Assembly: GCA_040905565.1 (NCBI GenBank)
Contig: JBBDRF010000005.1
Coordinates: 32,001 to 96,000 of the forward strand
DNA length: 64,000 nt
Direction: 5' to 3'
Origin: Phycisphaeraceae bacterium
GTDB lineage: Bacteria; Planctomycetota; Phycisphaerae; Phycisphaerales; Zrk34
Numbering within the stretch: position 1 is the stretch's first letter; each line of letters starts with the position of its first letter. The translations under genes and the position numbers were made by a program. This document shows, piece after piece, positions 1 through 9,840 of the stretch. The notes under the pieces were generated by a model, which ran no database searches, was not told where the DNA came from, and was given only the letters and a program-made list of their open reading frames with translations.

Positions 1-387
1 GCGGGTTCGGTCGGCCGATTCTACGCCGACGCCATGCACGAGAGCGATCTGTTCGTCGGGCTGGATCCGCAACAAACGCAGCTTCCCGAAGCCACGGACG
101 ATGTCGCCTCGGTGTTCGCCGACGCCTCGGCGACGCTGGGCAGCCTTCAGATTCGAGGCAGCGGCAGCGATGACGGACCGACCTTCCGCAACAGTCGTGT
201 GGCTGCGGGACAGATCGGACAGGCGAACCTTGGGCTGGTGGATCCTTCAAGCGTGGCGCCGGGCGGCATCGCGGGGACGCAGATGGATCGGCTTGACTAT
301 GAGCGGCCCGACGGCAGCCGTGTCCGCATGTCAGACGTGCAGCCGGGCGATCACGATGATGAGCAATTCATGATCCGCATCCTGTAG
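1..387 (+). CDS. C-terminal fragment of a hypothetical, probably large secreted, protein (5' truncated by the window)
   Basis: Frame 1 is open from base 1 (AGSVGRFYADAMHESDLFVG...) to TAG at 385-387; acidic, beta-rich-looking sequence; no family recognised. Confidence 0.65.
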   Translation, partial: AGSVGRFYADAMHESDLFVGLDPQQTQLPEATDDVASVFADASATLGSLQIRGSGSDDGPTFRNSRVAAGQIGQANLGLVDPSSVAPGGIAGTQMDRLDYERPDGSRVRMSDVQPGDHDDEQFMIRIL

Positions 388-435
388 GGCCGGGTGGGTG
401 ACACCGCTCAAAGACGGCGGGTATCGCCTATCGTC

Positions 436-472
436 GCCCCCCTCCCCCTGCCTCTTCCGCACGGGAGAGGGG
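436..472. repeat. REP-like short palindrome
   Basis: CCCCCTCCCCCTGCCTCTTCCGCACGGGAGAGGGG resembles the widespread CCCTC..CCTCTCCC-n-GGGAGAGGG extragenic palindrome class; it lies just after a stop codon. Confidence 0.45.
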
Positions 473-520
473 TCTTTGCTGCCAGACGGCAAAAAATACG
501 AAGTTTGATGCTTATATCAC

Positions 521-549
521 TTGCAACGGCCTCGGCGGGCCTGTATCTT
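521..549 (+). promoter_or_regulatory. sigma70-type promoter for the TonB-dependent receptor operon
   Basis: TTGCAA (521-526), 17-bp spacer, TATCTT (544-549), preceded by an AT-rich stretch. Confidence 0.55.
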
Positions 550-565
550 TCGTGCTCTCCGATTC

Positions 566-580
566 TGAGACTCAGTCGCA
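566..580 (+). promoter_or_regulatory. Fur-box-like 7-1-7 imperfect palindrome
   Basis: TGAGACTCAGTCGCA matches TGAGAATCATTCTCA at 12/15 positions; just downstream of the predicted promoter of an iron-receptor-like gene. Confidence 0.45.
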
Positions 581-703
581 GGCGCGACCAGGGAGGCAGA
601 TCGGCGTAACGGGGGACAGTGTCGCGGTTGTGCGAAGAGCGGTTCTTCACTTGCCGACGGCGCGGGTCCAGGGGTCGAAATCGGCCCGTGTTTGGAGTGC
701 ATC

Positions 704-3100
704 ATGACTTTGGCGATTTCAAGATCAGAACGTATCCGGCGGTCCGGGCGTCTGAGTTTGCTCGGCGTGTTGGGCTTGGGATTGGTGGCTGTGTCCGCTA
801 CGGCGCAGGAGCAGGACGAGCAGGCGAATCAACCCGCCGATCCCCCCGCGCCCGTTACCGCTGAGCAGGAAGCAACGGACGCCCCGCCCACCGACCCCGC
901 CGCTTCGCCTGAGCGCACGACGGGGCTGATGGATATTACCGTGATCGGATCGCGCGAGCAGGTGCGTGATCTGCCGGGCTCGGGATATTTTCTTGAGACC
1001 GAGGACATCCGCACGCAGAGTTATGACGACATCAACCGGATCCTCCGGCGTGTGCCGGGCGTTTATGTTCGCGAGGAAGACGGCTACGGCCTGTTCCCCA
1101 ACATCAGCATTCGTGGCACCGACTCCGGCCGCTCCGCCAAGCTCACCATCATGGAAGACGGCGTCCTCCTTGCCCCCGCGCCCTACTCAGCGCCCGCCGT
1201 CTACAACAACGTCTCCAGCGGCCGCATGAGCGGCATCGAAGTGCTCAAGGGTTCAAGCCAGGTCCAATACGGCCCCCACGTCACAGGCGGCGTGCTCAAC
1301 TACATCGCCACGCCCATCCCCACCGAGCGCACCGGCTACCTCAAAACGCTGTACGGCACCAACAACGACATCCGCGTGCATGGCTACTTCGGCGACGTTA
1401 TCGATACTGAACATTACGGCACGTTCTCCTTCCTGCTTGAAGGCTACTTCCGCGGGACCGACGGCTTTAAGACGATCGACACCACGCCCGATTTCCGTGA
1501 CGGCGATCAAACGGGCTTCACCAACGTGGAGCCGATGCTGAAGATCGCCTGGGAGCCGCCTACCGACATCTACCATCGCTTCGAAGCCAAGGTCGGCTAC
1601 ACCGATCGCAATGCTGACGAAACCTACCTCGGCCTCTCGACTGAAGACTTCCGCCGCGACCCCTTCCGCCGCTACAGCGCTTCGCGGTTCGACAACATCG
1701 AAGCCGAGGCATGGCGCACGCACGTGCGGCACTACATGGAGCCCACGGAAAACCTCGATTTTACCTCGACGATCTACTACAACCAGTTCCAGCGCAACTG
1801 GTACAAGCTCGCCGACCTGGAGAACGTCGAGCTCGACAACAACACCACCACGGGTATGAGCCTCTCGGCTGCGCTTGCCGGTGCCGAAGGTGGCCAGGGC
1901 CTTGAAGCCTTGAAGGGGCAGCGTCGCACGCAGTTCGACGTCCGCGCCAACAACCGCGAGTACTACAGCTGGGGTGCTGAGACGGTCGGCCGTCACCGCT
2001 TCGACACCGAGGGCGCCGATCACGAACTCACTTTCGGCCTTCGCTACCACTACGATCAGGTCCGCCGCTTCCAGCATGAGGATCGGTATCAGCAGGAAGC
2101 CAACGGCACCATCAGCGATGTGACGGAAGGCGCCCCCGGTTCGCAGGCTCACCGCCGACAGGAGACCGACGCCCTCGCATTCTTCGTGCAGGATGAGATC
2201 GACTTCGGCCGCCTCACCCTCACGCCCGGCGCGCGCTTCGAACACCTGTGGCAGGAGTACCGCGACTACAACAGCGGCGACTCGGGCACGGGAACCCTCG
2301 CCCTCCTCGGCGGCGGCATGGGTGCCACGTATGACCTCGACGAGCAGTGGCAGCTCTTCGGCGGCGTCCACCGCGGCTTCTCTCCGCCGGGGCCACGGGC
2401 GGCCATCCGCGGCGGCCTCGATGAAGAGACCAGCATCGCCAGCGAACTCGGCCTCCGCTATGAAACCCCCAACCAGGCCTTCCGCGGTGAAGTTGCCGGC
2501 TTCTATACCCGCTTTGACGACCTGATCGCCATCGGCTTCGTCGGCACCGGCACCCCGCTGGGCGACCCCGAGAACGTCGGCAAGGTTGATAGCTACGGTG
2601 CAGAGCTCTCGTTCGAATACGACCCCGGCATCGACTACAACTGGGGCTTCAAAAACCCCTGGCATGCAGCCGTCACCTACACCCGCGCCGAACTCGCCTC
2701 CGACGCCACCTCCGACGATGCCGGTTCCATGTTCGCCGGTGGTCGCAAGGGCAACCGCGTCCCCTACATCCCCGAATGGACCATCGGCTTCGGCACCGGC
2801 GTCGAAACCGATCAGTGGGGCATCTTCCTCAACGCCTTCTGGGTCGACGAGATGTTCACGACCGCCAGTAACACACGCCAGCAGGAAGACGTAGACGGCA
2901 ACCCTGATGCTCGCTTCGGCACCACCGACAGCCACATCGTCGTCGACCTCGCCGCCCACTACAATCTCACCGAGAACGCCAAGCTGCTCGGCGGCGTACA
3001 CAACATCTTCAATGAAGAATACATTGCCTCACGGCATCCCCACGGGCCCCGCCCCGGGCAGGAACGCTTCCTTTATCTCGGGATGGAGGTCAACTTCTGA
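704..3100 (+). CDS. TonB-dependent outer-membrane receptor, FecA-like
   Basis: Signal peptide; TonB-box-like DITVIG; plug motifs (LRRVPGV, NISIRG, IEVLKGSSQVQYG); barrel ending NIFNEEY...GMEVNF with terminal Phe. Confidence 0.92.
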   Translation: MTLAISRSERIRRSGRLSLLGVLGLGLVAVSATAQEQDEQANQPADPPAPVTAEQEATDAPPTDPAASPERTTGLMDITVIGSREQVRDLPGSGYFLETEDIRTQSYDDINRILRRVPGVYVREEDGYGLFPNISIRGTDSGRSAKLTIMEDGVLLAPAPYSAPAVYNNVSSGRMSGIEVLKGSSQVQYGPHVTGGVLNYIATPIPTERTGYLKTLYGTNNDIRVHGYFGDVIDTEHYGTFSFLLEGYFRGTDGFKTIDTTPDFRDGDQTGFTNVEPMLKIAWEPPTDIYHRFEAKVGYTDRNADETYLGLSTEDFRRDPFRRYSASRFDNIEAEAWRTHVRHYMEPTENLDFTSTIYYNQFQRNWYKLADLENVELDNNTTTGMSLSAALAGAEGGQGLEALKGQRRTQFDVRANNREYYSWGAETVGRHRFDTEGADHELTFGLRYHYDQVRRFQHEDRYQQEANGTISDVTEGAPGSQAHRRQETDALAFFVQDEIDFGRLTLTPGARFEHLWQEYRDYNSGDSGTGTLALLGGGMGATYDLDEQWQLFGGVHRGFSPPGPRAAIRGGLDEETSIASELGLRYETPNQAFRGEVAGFYTRFDDLIAIGFVGTGTPLGDPENVGKVDSYGAELSFEYDPGIDYNWGFKNPWHAAVTYTRAELASDATSDDAGSMFAGGRKGNRVPYIPEWTIGFGTGVETDQWGIFLNAFWVDEMFTTASNTRQQEDVDGNPDARFGTTDSHIVVDLAAHYNLTENAKLLGGVHNIFNEEYIASRHPHGPRPGQERFLYLGMEVNF

Positions 3101-3138
3101 CCTGGCCTGACTCTGATTTTCAGCGAAAGATCGCACGC

Positions 3139-3972
3139 ATGAGATCATGCAGATACCAGTCCCTGACCCTCCTGGTCGCAGCCACGGTAACCGCCGTGGT
3201 TGCGACCTTTTCTGCGCCCGCCTTCGCCCAATCACCACAGGATGTGGGTGTGGCGGAGACAGGGGGGGCGCTGGAGGGGCAGGTTAAGCAGCTACATCAG
3301 TTGATGCGTGAGCGCCAAGCCGCTGAGCAGGCGCACCAGCGAGAAACCGAGCAGGTGCAGCAGCAGGTGGATCGGCTTCGCGCGGACGTTGCGGAGAGTC
3401 GAGAGGCTCACCGCAATCAGCGGCAATCGGTTGAAACGCTTGCCGCTGAGCAGGCGGAGCTTCAAGCGGAACGGCAAAGGCTTGAGGGCGAGCTGGCGAA
3501 CATTGGCGCTGCTGCGGCACCGATCGCTCAGCAGATGCGCGACCGCGTGGCACGGGGCATTCCGTTTCGCAGGACGGAGCGGACGCAGACGCTTGAGCAT
3601 CTGGTGGCCACGCTGAACGGGGACGATCCCCTGCAGCAGGCGGAGGGGCTGACGGGCTTGTGGACACTGCTCGGCGAAGAGCTGCGGCTATCCACCTCAA
3701 TCGACTTCTGGAACGACACGGTCGACCTCCCCGACGGTCGGCGCAAGCACGCTTACATCGCACGGCTGGGGCTCGTCCAACAGACCTTCGTGAGTGAAGA
3801 CGGACAGAGCGTGGGGCTGGCCGGCTTGCAGGACGAGCTGCCGTGGCACACGACGCTGAGCGAACGCGAAGGCAGGCAGGTTCGTGATGCTGCGAGCATT
3901 TTCCAGCAGCAACAGCCGCCGCAGTTCACGCCGGTGCCGTTGGCGTTGCCGACTGATGGGGGTGAAGAATGA
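3139..3972 (+). CDS. DUF3450-family (TtpB-like) periplasmic coiled-coil protein
   Basis: Signal peptide, long coiled coil, GIPFRRTER and ARLGLV motifs; position at the head of an exbB-exbD-tonB cluster. Confidence 0.75.
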   Translation: MRSCRYQSLTLLVAATVTAVVATFSAPAFAQSPQDVGVAETGGALEGQVKQLHQLMRERQAAEQAHQRETEQVQQQVDRLRADVAESREAHRNQRQSVETLAAEQAELQAERQRLEGELANIGAAAAPIAQQMRDRVARGIPFRRTERTQTLEHLVATLNGDDPLQQAEGLTGLWTLLGEELRLSTSIDFWNDTVDLPDGRRKHAYIARLGLVQQTFVSEDGQSVGLAGLQDELPWHTTLSEREGRQVRDAASIFQQQQPPQFTPVPLALPTDGGEE

Positions 3973-5450
3973 CTATTTTCCATTGCGGTTTCCGCATTGT
4001 TTTGGTTCTGCTGTTCGTTGCATTCGGGCTCGCAGGCGGCGAGGCGTTCGGGCAGGCGGCGGACGTTCAGGCGCAGATTGCAGCGGAGCGGGCGGCCATC
4101 GAGCGATCGGCTGCGAGGCACGAGGAGGCCCTCGACCAGGCGCGTGCCGAGCGTCGCGAATTAGCCAGCGAGCTGCTTGAACTGGAGACGCAGCGCGAGC
4201 GTGATGCCCGCCGAGCTGACGAGCTGCGTGAACAGGTTGAGCGTAAGCGGGAAGCGGTTGCGGCACTGCGGGCGGCCGAGTCCGAAGTGACCGCGGGTGC
4301 CGTCGCGCTGGCTGAGCAAGCTGCGATCGCCGTCGACGAACAGCCGGGCACGCAGGCGCTGCGGCAACGACTGGAGGGCTTGCTCGAGGGACTGACGGGG
4401 GATGACACTTCGCCTGCCGTGCTGATCAAGTTCGCAGAGGTGATGGGCGACGTTCACGCACAAGGGCAGCAGGTCTCGCTTCAGGAAGCGGACATCTTCA
4501 ACGCCGACGGTCAGCGTGAAACGGTGCAGTTGCTGACAGCGGGACACGTAGCCTTCGCCTACCGGTCGGTCGACGGCAGCCGTTTCGCCATCGCAATGCA
4601 AAGCCCGGCCGACGCAGCCGGCTACCGTTGGAGTGAGCGGCTGCCCGAGGCGGTCGTCGCGCAGTTGCAAGAGGCGTTCGCGCAGGCAGAGCGCAGCGAG
4701 CCGGTCGTGCTGCCGATGGATGTCACCCAGGAACTTCGTGTCGAAGCGGTGGCGGAAGAGGAAGGCCTGGCGGCGATCGTGCAATCCGGCGGCTGGGTCA
4801 TGCTTCCACTGGCGCTGGTCGCCCTGGCCGCCCTGCTGCTGACTGCTGAACGTGCGTGGATTCTTTACGGTCGTAATCGTTCGGACCGTCGACTGGTTGC
4901 GGAGGCGCTGACGGCGGCGCGCGACCATCGCATCGACGAAGCGGAACAGCGGGTGCAGCGCGGCAACAGCGTCGTTGCGCGGACGCTTGCAGCGTGTCTC
5001 CGTCGGCGCACCGTGAACATGCACGCCATGGAAGATTCGATCCAGGAACAGCTGCTTCACGAACTGCCGCGACTGCAGCGCTTCCTCGGAGGCATCGCGA
5101 TTCTCGCTGCCATCGCCCCACTGCTCGGCCTGCTTGGCACGGTGACGGGGATCATCCAGACGTTCGGCGTGATCCGTGCGTTCGGCAACGCGAACCCGTC
5201 GCTCATGGCGGGCGGCATTTCCGAAGCGCTGCTGACAACGGCGACGGGCCTCAGCATCGCCATCCCGATCCTGCTTCTGCACGCCGTGTTGCGGGGCCGG
5301 GTCGACAGCATTGTGGCCGATGCCGAGAAGCACGCCGCGACGCTGCTGAACATCCTCTCACATGATGGCGAACGTGCGGACGCTGAGCCGAGGGCACCAG
5401 TCAAACAGTCCGCACGTGAGTCGGCCCTGCCGCAGGAGAGCGTCACGTGA
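3969..5450 (+). CDS. Large MotA/TolQ/ExbB-family protein (TtpC-like)
   Basis: N-terminal signal and coiled coil, then ExbB core IAPLLGLLGTVTGII...GGISEALLTTATGL; 4-nt overlap with the previous gene. Confidence 0.88.
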   Translation: MTIFHCGFRIVLVLLFVAFGLAGGEAFGQAADVQAQIAAERAAIERSAARHEEALDQARAERRELASELLELETQRERDARRADELREQVERKREAVAALRAAESEVTAGAVALAEQAAIAVDEQPGTQALRQRLEGLLEGLTGDDTSPAVLIKFAEVMGDVHAQGQQVSLQEADIFNADGQRETVQLLTAGHVAFAYRSVDGSRFAIAMQSPADAAGYRWSERLPEAVVAQLQEAFAQAERSEPVVLPMDVTQELRVEAVAEEEGLAAIVQSGGWVMLPLALVALAALLLTAERAWILYGRNRSDRRLVAEALTAARDHRIDEAEQRVQRGNSVVARTLAACLRRRTVNMHAMEDSIQEQLLHELPRLQRFLGGIAILAAIAPLLGLLGTVTGIIQTFGVIRAFGNANPSLMAGGISEALLTTATGLSIAIPILLLHAVLRGRVDSIVADAEKHAATLLNILSHDGERADAEPRAPVKQSARESALPQESVT

Positions 5451-6055
5451 TGCAGCTATACGAGCAGGGCGGATGGATTCTCGTCGCGATCGTTAGCCTT
5501 TCGGTGCTGGCGTGGTCGCTGATCGCATGGAAGTGGTTTCAACTTCGTGCGGAAACGGCGTGGGGCATCCGCTGGGCGGACGACGCGGTGGCGTGCCTGC
5601 ATCGGGATTCTGAAGCGGGGCGACGGCAGGCGGTGACGCTTTGCGAGCAGCGGCCGAATCTCGTCGGACGGCTTCTGCTGGCAGCCTTGCAGACGCACGA
5701 ACCACAGCGACGATTCTTCGAGAAGCATCTTCAGCCGTTGTTCGAAGCGGAGGCGACGGAACTGCGTCGGCATCTGAATATCATCACCGCCATTGCCGCC
5801 CTGTGTCCGCTGCTGGGTCTGCTCGGCACGATCGTCGGCATGGTGCGGACGTTTGAATCGCTCGTCGCGAGCGGCGTGCAGACCGAACACTTTGCGTCGG
5901 GTATCTCGCAGGCGCTGCTGACGACGCAGGCGGGGCTGGTGGTCGCCCTGCCGATCGTGCTGATGCATGGCTACCTCGCCAGCCGGGTTGATCGCTACGT
6001 TGATCGCACGGCACTAAGGGTGAAGAAGGTCGAAACGATTCTCTGCCACGATTAA
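5447..6055 (+). CDS. exbB: ExbB proton-channel protein
   Basis: CPLLGLLGTIVGMV...GISQALLTTQAGL motifs. Confidence 0.88.
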   Translation: MMQLYEQGGWILVAIVSLSVLAWSLIAWKWFQLRAETAWGIRWADDAVACLHRDSEAGRRQAVTLCEQRPNLVGRLLLAALQTHEPQRRFFEKHLQPLFEAEATELRRHLNIITAIAALCPLLGLLGTIVGMVRTFESLVASGVQTEHFASGISQALLTTQAGLVVALPIVLMHGYLASRVDRYVDRTALRVKKVETILCHD

Positions 6056-6064
6056 AGGCTTTTC

Positions 6065-6481
6065 ATGTTCGAGTCCGTTCAACATCGCCGCAACGCCCGC
6101 CCCACTGCTATGGCGGTGGATATCGCGCCGCTCATCGACGTGGTGTTCATTCTCCTGATCTTCTTCCTGGTGACGGCGACGTTCGTTCGGGAGACCGGCA
6201 TGGATGTTCAAAGGCCCGAAGCGGCACAGACGCGGGCGCTGGAATCGGAATCGATGCGGATCAGCGTGACACCCAGCGGGGCCATCTTTACCGAGGGGCA
6301 GCAGATCGATTTGAGCGCGTTGCGCCAGCGGGTGCGGCAGTTCATTGCGGCGGAGGCCACGGGCTCAGTCATCATCATTCCCGACGAGCAGCTGGCTGCC
6401 GGGCGGCTGGTGGCCGTGATGGATGCAGCCCGCGCAGGCGGGGCGACGGACATCGCGTTGGCGACACGTCAACGACAGTGA
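6065..6481 (+). CDS. exbD: ExbD/TolR biopolymer transport protein
   Basis: DIAPLIDVVFILLIFFLVT transmembrane motif; VMDAARAGG. Confidence 0.92.
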   Translation: MFESVQHRRNARPTAMAVDIAPLIDVVFILLIFFLVTATFVRETGMDVQRPEAAQTRALESESMRISVTPSGAIFTEGQQIDLSALRQRVRQFIAAEATGSVIIIPDEQLAAGRLVAVMDAARAGGATDIALATRQRQ

Positions 6482-6509
6482 ACTGTTTGTTCTATCGGAG
6501 GGTTCGAGC

Positions 6510-7217
6510 GTGATCAGCCGCGAAGCCGTGACAGCCAGACGCCGGGTGATGCAGGTGGTTGCATCCGTGGCAGCGGCGGTGCTGGTGAACGCGGCGATCC
6601 TGTGGTCGTTGGCGCATTTGAACTGGCCGCCGCATATTGAGCGGGATCGGTCGGCGAACGTGCGCGTGGCGATGCTTCCGGAGCGTGAGATTCAGCCGCG
6701 GTTGCAGCCGCAGTCCGAGGCGCAGCCGGAGGCCGAGCCTGAGCGGATGGAGCATGAGTTTGAGGCTCCCACGCCCGAGCCGATGACGACGAGGGAGCTA
6801 TCGGTTTCGGTGGAGACGCCGCGTGTGCCGATGTCGCCGGTGCGGGTGGCGGTTGCGACGCAAGCGGCACCGACGACTTCGGAATCGCAGCAGTCCGAAG
6901 CGCAGCCGGTCGCACCGGCGGGACCGATGGCGGAGGACGAGGTGGATCAGCCGCCGCGTCCGTTGGCGATGCCGCGACCGGGCTATCCGCGGGCGGCGGA
7001 GCGTCGTCGGGTCAGCGGTTCCGTAACGCTTCGCATCCTGATCAACGACAACGGTCGGGTCGAGCAGAGCGAGATCGTGGACGTCACCGGCCATGCCGCG
7101 TTCGAGCAAGCGGTGCTTGATGTGGTGAACCGTTGGCGTTTTCGGCCCGCACAGCACGACGGCCGCACCGTCCGCACCTGGGGCGAACTGACCATCAACT
7201 TCCAACCTGAGCGATAA
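6510..7217 (+). CDS. tonB: TonB energy transducer
   Basis: GTG start after a GGAGGG RBS; N-terminal TM helix, Pro/Glu-rich linker, C-terminal PGYPRAA...WRFRPA domain. Confidence 0.88.
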   Translation: MISREAVTARRRVMQVVASVAAAVLVNAAILWSLAHLNWPPHIERDRSANVRVAMLPEREIQPRLQPQSEAQPEAEPERMEHEFEAPTPEPMTTRELSVSVETPRVPMSPVRVAVATQAAPTTSESQQSEAQPVAPAGPMAEDEVDQPPRPLAMPRPGYPRAAERRRVSGSVTLRILINDNGRVEQSEIVDVTGHAAFEQAVLDVVNRWRFRPAQHDGRTVRTWGELTINFQPER

Positions 7218-7218
7218 C

Positions 7219-8391
7219 ATGATCCACCGCATGTGTGCGTTTTACACTTATATAGTCGCTCCTCTCGGTCTCGCCATGCTTTTTCTGGCAACCTCTCCCC
7301 TGTCAGCGGCGGTCACCGAGGAGCAGGCCCGGCAGCTTCGGGCCGCCCAGCAGCGCTACCAGGCGAACGAGGACGCGGCAGCGGCTGAGAGTCTCGAAAC
7401 CATGCTCGAAGCAGACCCAACGTTCGCGGAGGCGCACCGGCTGCTCGGCTTCGTTCGTTACCGCATGGGTGAAAACGACGCTGCCCGGCAAGCTTTCGTC
7501 GCTGCCATGGCGCACGGACGTCTCACCGTGGACCAGTTGGGTCGCCTCGTCGAGATCGATCGCGAAGCGGGCCGGACGGTGGCGATGCTGAACACGCTGC
7601 GGATGTTGATCGTGCTCGATCCGGAGGAGCCGTCATGGCGGCGACTCTACGCGTACACACTCACATCGATCGGGGCGACCGACGAAGCCGAGGCTGTGCT
7701 ACGCGAGCTGGCGACGGAGGACACGACCGATGCCGATGCCCGGCTGCGGCTGGCGAACCTGTATATGGAGCAGGGCCGATCGCGGGAGGCGGCGGCGGCG
7801 CTGGAAACGGCTTATCACCTCGGCGAGCGAAGCGCCGAAGTCGCACAGAATCTGGCGGCACTCTGGGCTGAGCAGCAGAACTATCCCGCGGCCCTCACCT
7901 GGCACGATCGCGTGATCGCTGCGACGGCTGAACCATCCCCCACGATGTTGCTGCGCCGTGCCGAATTGCTGCTGGCGGTGCCCGAGGATCAGGCGGCGGC
8001 TGAGATCGCGGAGCAGGTCATTGGCGATGAAGACGAGGCGATACGCCGAGGGGCTCACGTGCTTCTGGCCCGAATCGCGATGCGTCAGGATGATGATGAG
8101 ACGGCTGCGGCGCACTATGCGCAGGCAGTCGAGGCGGGGCTGAATGACGCGCAGGTGTTGACGTTCCTTGGCGCTCACCACTTCAACGCAGGGCGATACG
8201 AGCAGGCGGCTGGATACCTGGCACAGCGGGCGGAGGCGGAGCCGCTGGATCGGCAGGCGAGCCGTTTTCTCGTCCTCAGCTACCTCGCGAATGATCAGCG
8301 TGAGCAGGCGGGCGAGGTGCTGCGGGATCATCTCGAGCAGTACGGCATGGACGACTCTTCACGGCGGCTGCTGCGTGAATGGTCGCGGTAG
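7219..8391 (+). CDS. Secreted tetratricopeptide-repeat protein (TtpD-like)
   Basis: Signal peptide; repeated helical TPR-like units (AHRLLGFVRYRMG, ARLRLANLYMEQG); 1 bp after tonB. Confidence 0.8.
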   Translation: MIHRMCAFYTYIVAPLGLAMLFLATSPLSAAVTEEQARQLRAAQQRYQANEDAAAAESLETMLEADPTFAEAHRLLGFVRYRMGENDAARQAFVAAMAHGRLTVDQLGRLVEIDREAGRTVAMLNTLRMLIVLDPEEPSWRRLYAYTLTSIGATDEAEAVLRELATEDTTDADARLRLANLYMEQGRSREAAAALETAYHLGERSAEVAQNLAALWAEQQNYPAALTWHDRVIAATAEPSPTMLLRRAELLLAVPEDQAAAEIAEQVIGDEDEAIRRGAHVLLARIAMRQDDDETAAAHYAQAVEAGLNDAQVLTFLGAHHFNAGRYEQAAGYLAQRAEAEPLDRQASRFLVLSYLANDQREQAGEVLRDHLEQYGMDDSSRRLLREWSR

Positions 8392-8538
8392 CGGTCCAGC
8401 AATTTCCGGATTTCGCCCAAGTGCTTTTTCGGGTTTTCCCCGGTACGCCGGTTCTTTGCAGAATGGCTACTCTTCCGGGTGGCGTTGCGCCAACTTCCAG
8501 GAGCGGAAGGTGGTGCTGCGCGTTTAGGAAGGGACGCC

Positions 8539-9840
8539 ATGGCCAAAAACATTTTTGTCCTGGGACTCGAGGATTACGCCCGGCGCAAACTTGAACACAT
8601 CAAAGATGCTGACCAATACGCGTTTCATCCGTTGCTCGATTATGAGGCAATCGTCAAACCGGCCAGCTACGACTTTGACGCATTGTTGACGGAAGCTGAC
8701 GAGACGTTGCGGGACTTTCCGGGTAGCGTCGACGGGATCATCACGCATTGGGATTTTCCGGCGACTGAGTTGCTGCCCATCCTGTGTCAACGTCATAACC
8801 TCCCGGGGCCTACGCTTGAGAGCGTGCTGAAGTGCGGGCATAAATACTGGAGCCGTCTGGAACAGTCGCATTGTGTTCCGGAACACACGCCCCACTTCCA
8901 GGCGGTTAACCCGTTCAGCGAGGACGCGTTCGGCATAAAGCTTGACTACCCGTTCTGGATCAAGCCAGTGAAGGCGTTCGCGTCGTCGCTCGGCTTCAAG
9001 ATCAATTCGTCGCATGCATTCAATGAAGCAATTCATATCATCCGAGCGAACATTCGTCGTATCGGCGAGCCGTTCAACCAAGCGCTGAGATACGCGGAAA
9101 TTCCCGGGGAAGTCGACTGTGTCGATGGGACGTGTTGCATCGTCGAGAACATCATCGGCGGACGGCAGGGCGCGCTGGAGGGGTACGTCGTCAACGGCGA
9201 GGTACACATTCACTCGGCTCTGGATATGTTGCGTGAGCCGGGCCGCTCGAGCTTCTATTGTTTTTTCTATCCGTCGCAATTGCCGACGTTCGTGCTGGAT
9301 CAGGTGGAAGATGCCACCCGGCGATTCGTCAAACATGTGGGCTTGGACAACACGGTGTTCAACATCGAATTCTTCTGGGATGAGAAGGCTGGGCGAATCT
9401 GGCTCATCGAGATTAATCCGCGGATGTCGCAATCACACACGCACTTTTTTACGCAGGTGGATGGCGCTTCGAACCACCAGATCGCGGTGGCGCTGGCGCA
9501 GGGGCAGGATCCGCAGTTCCCGCATCGGCAGGGCCGATACAACTTCGCGGGCAAGTTCATGTGGCGTAAGTACGTTGAGGATGCCTACGTGACGGAGGTG
9601 CCCAGCCGCGAGGAGATCGAGGCCCTTGAACGCGCCATGCCCGGCACGGAAATCTACATTCAGGTGGACAAGCATGCCCGGCTGTCGGAGCTTCGCGATC
9701 AGGATCCGTACAGCTACGAACTGGCGATCATTCTGACAGCTGCGGACACGCCCGAGGCCCTTCACGAGAATTTCGAGCGCTGCAAAGAAGGGCTCACGTT
9801 TCGATTCGAACCGACCCAAGCGCTGCGGGAGATCGCATGA
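8539..9840 (+). CDS. ATP-grasp domain protein (putative amino-acid/peptide ligase)
   Basis: YPFWIKPV, FNIEFF and LIEINPRMS ATP-grasp motifs; ATG after an AGGAAGGG RBS. Confidence 0.85.
   Translation: MAKNIFVLGLEDYARRKLEHIKDADQYAFHPLLDYEAIVKPASYDFDALLTEADETLRDFPGSVDGIITHWDFPATELLPILCQRHNLPGPTLESVLKCGHKYWSRLEQSHCVPEHTPHFQAVNPFSEDAFGIKLDYPFWIKPVKAFASSLGFKINSSHAFNEAIHIIRANIRRIGEPFNQALRYAEIPGEVDCVDGTCCIVENIIGGRQGALEGYVVNGEVHIHSALDMLREPGRSSFYCFFYPSQLPTFVLDQVEDATRRFVKHVGLDNTVFNIEFFWDEKAGRIWLIEINPRMSQSHTHFFTQVDGASNHQIAVALAQGQDPQFPHRQGRYNFAGKFMWRKYVEDAYVTEVPSREEIEALERAMPGTEIYIQVDKHARLSELRDQDPYSYELAIILTAADTPEALHENFERCKEGLTFRFEPTQALREIA

Noticed and set aside
1253..3001. 582-aa antisense ORF inside the TonB-dependent receptor
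   Set aside because: Shadow ORF produced by strong codon bias in a GC-rich gene; no motifs.
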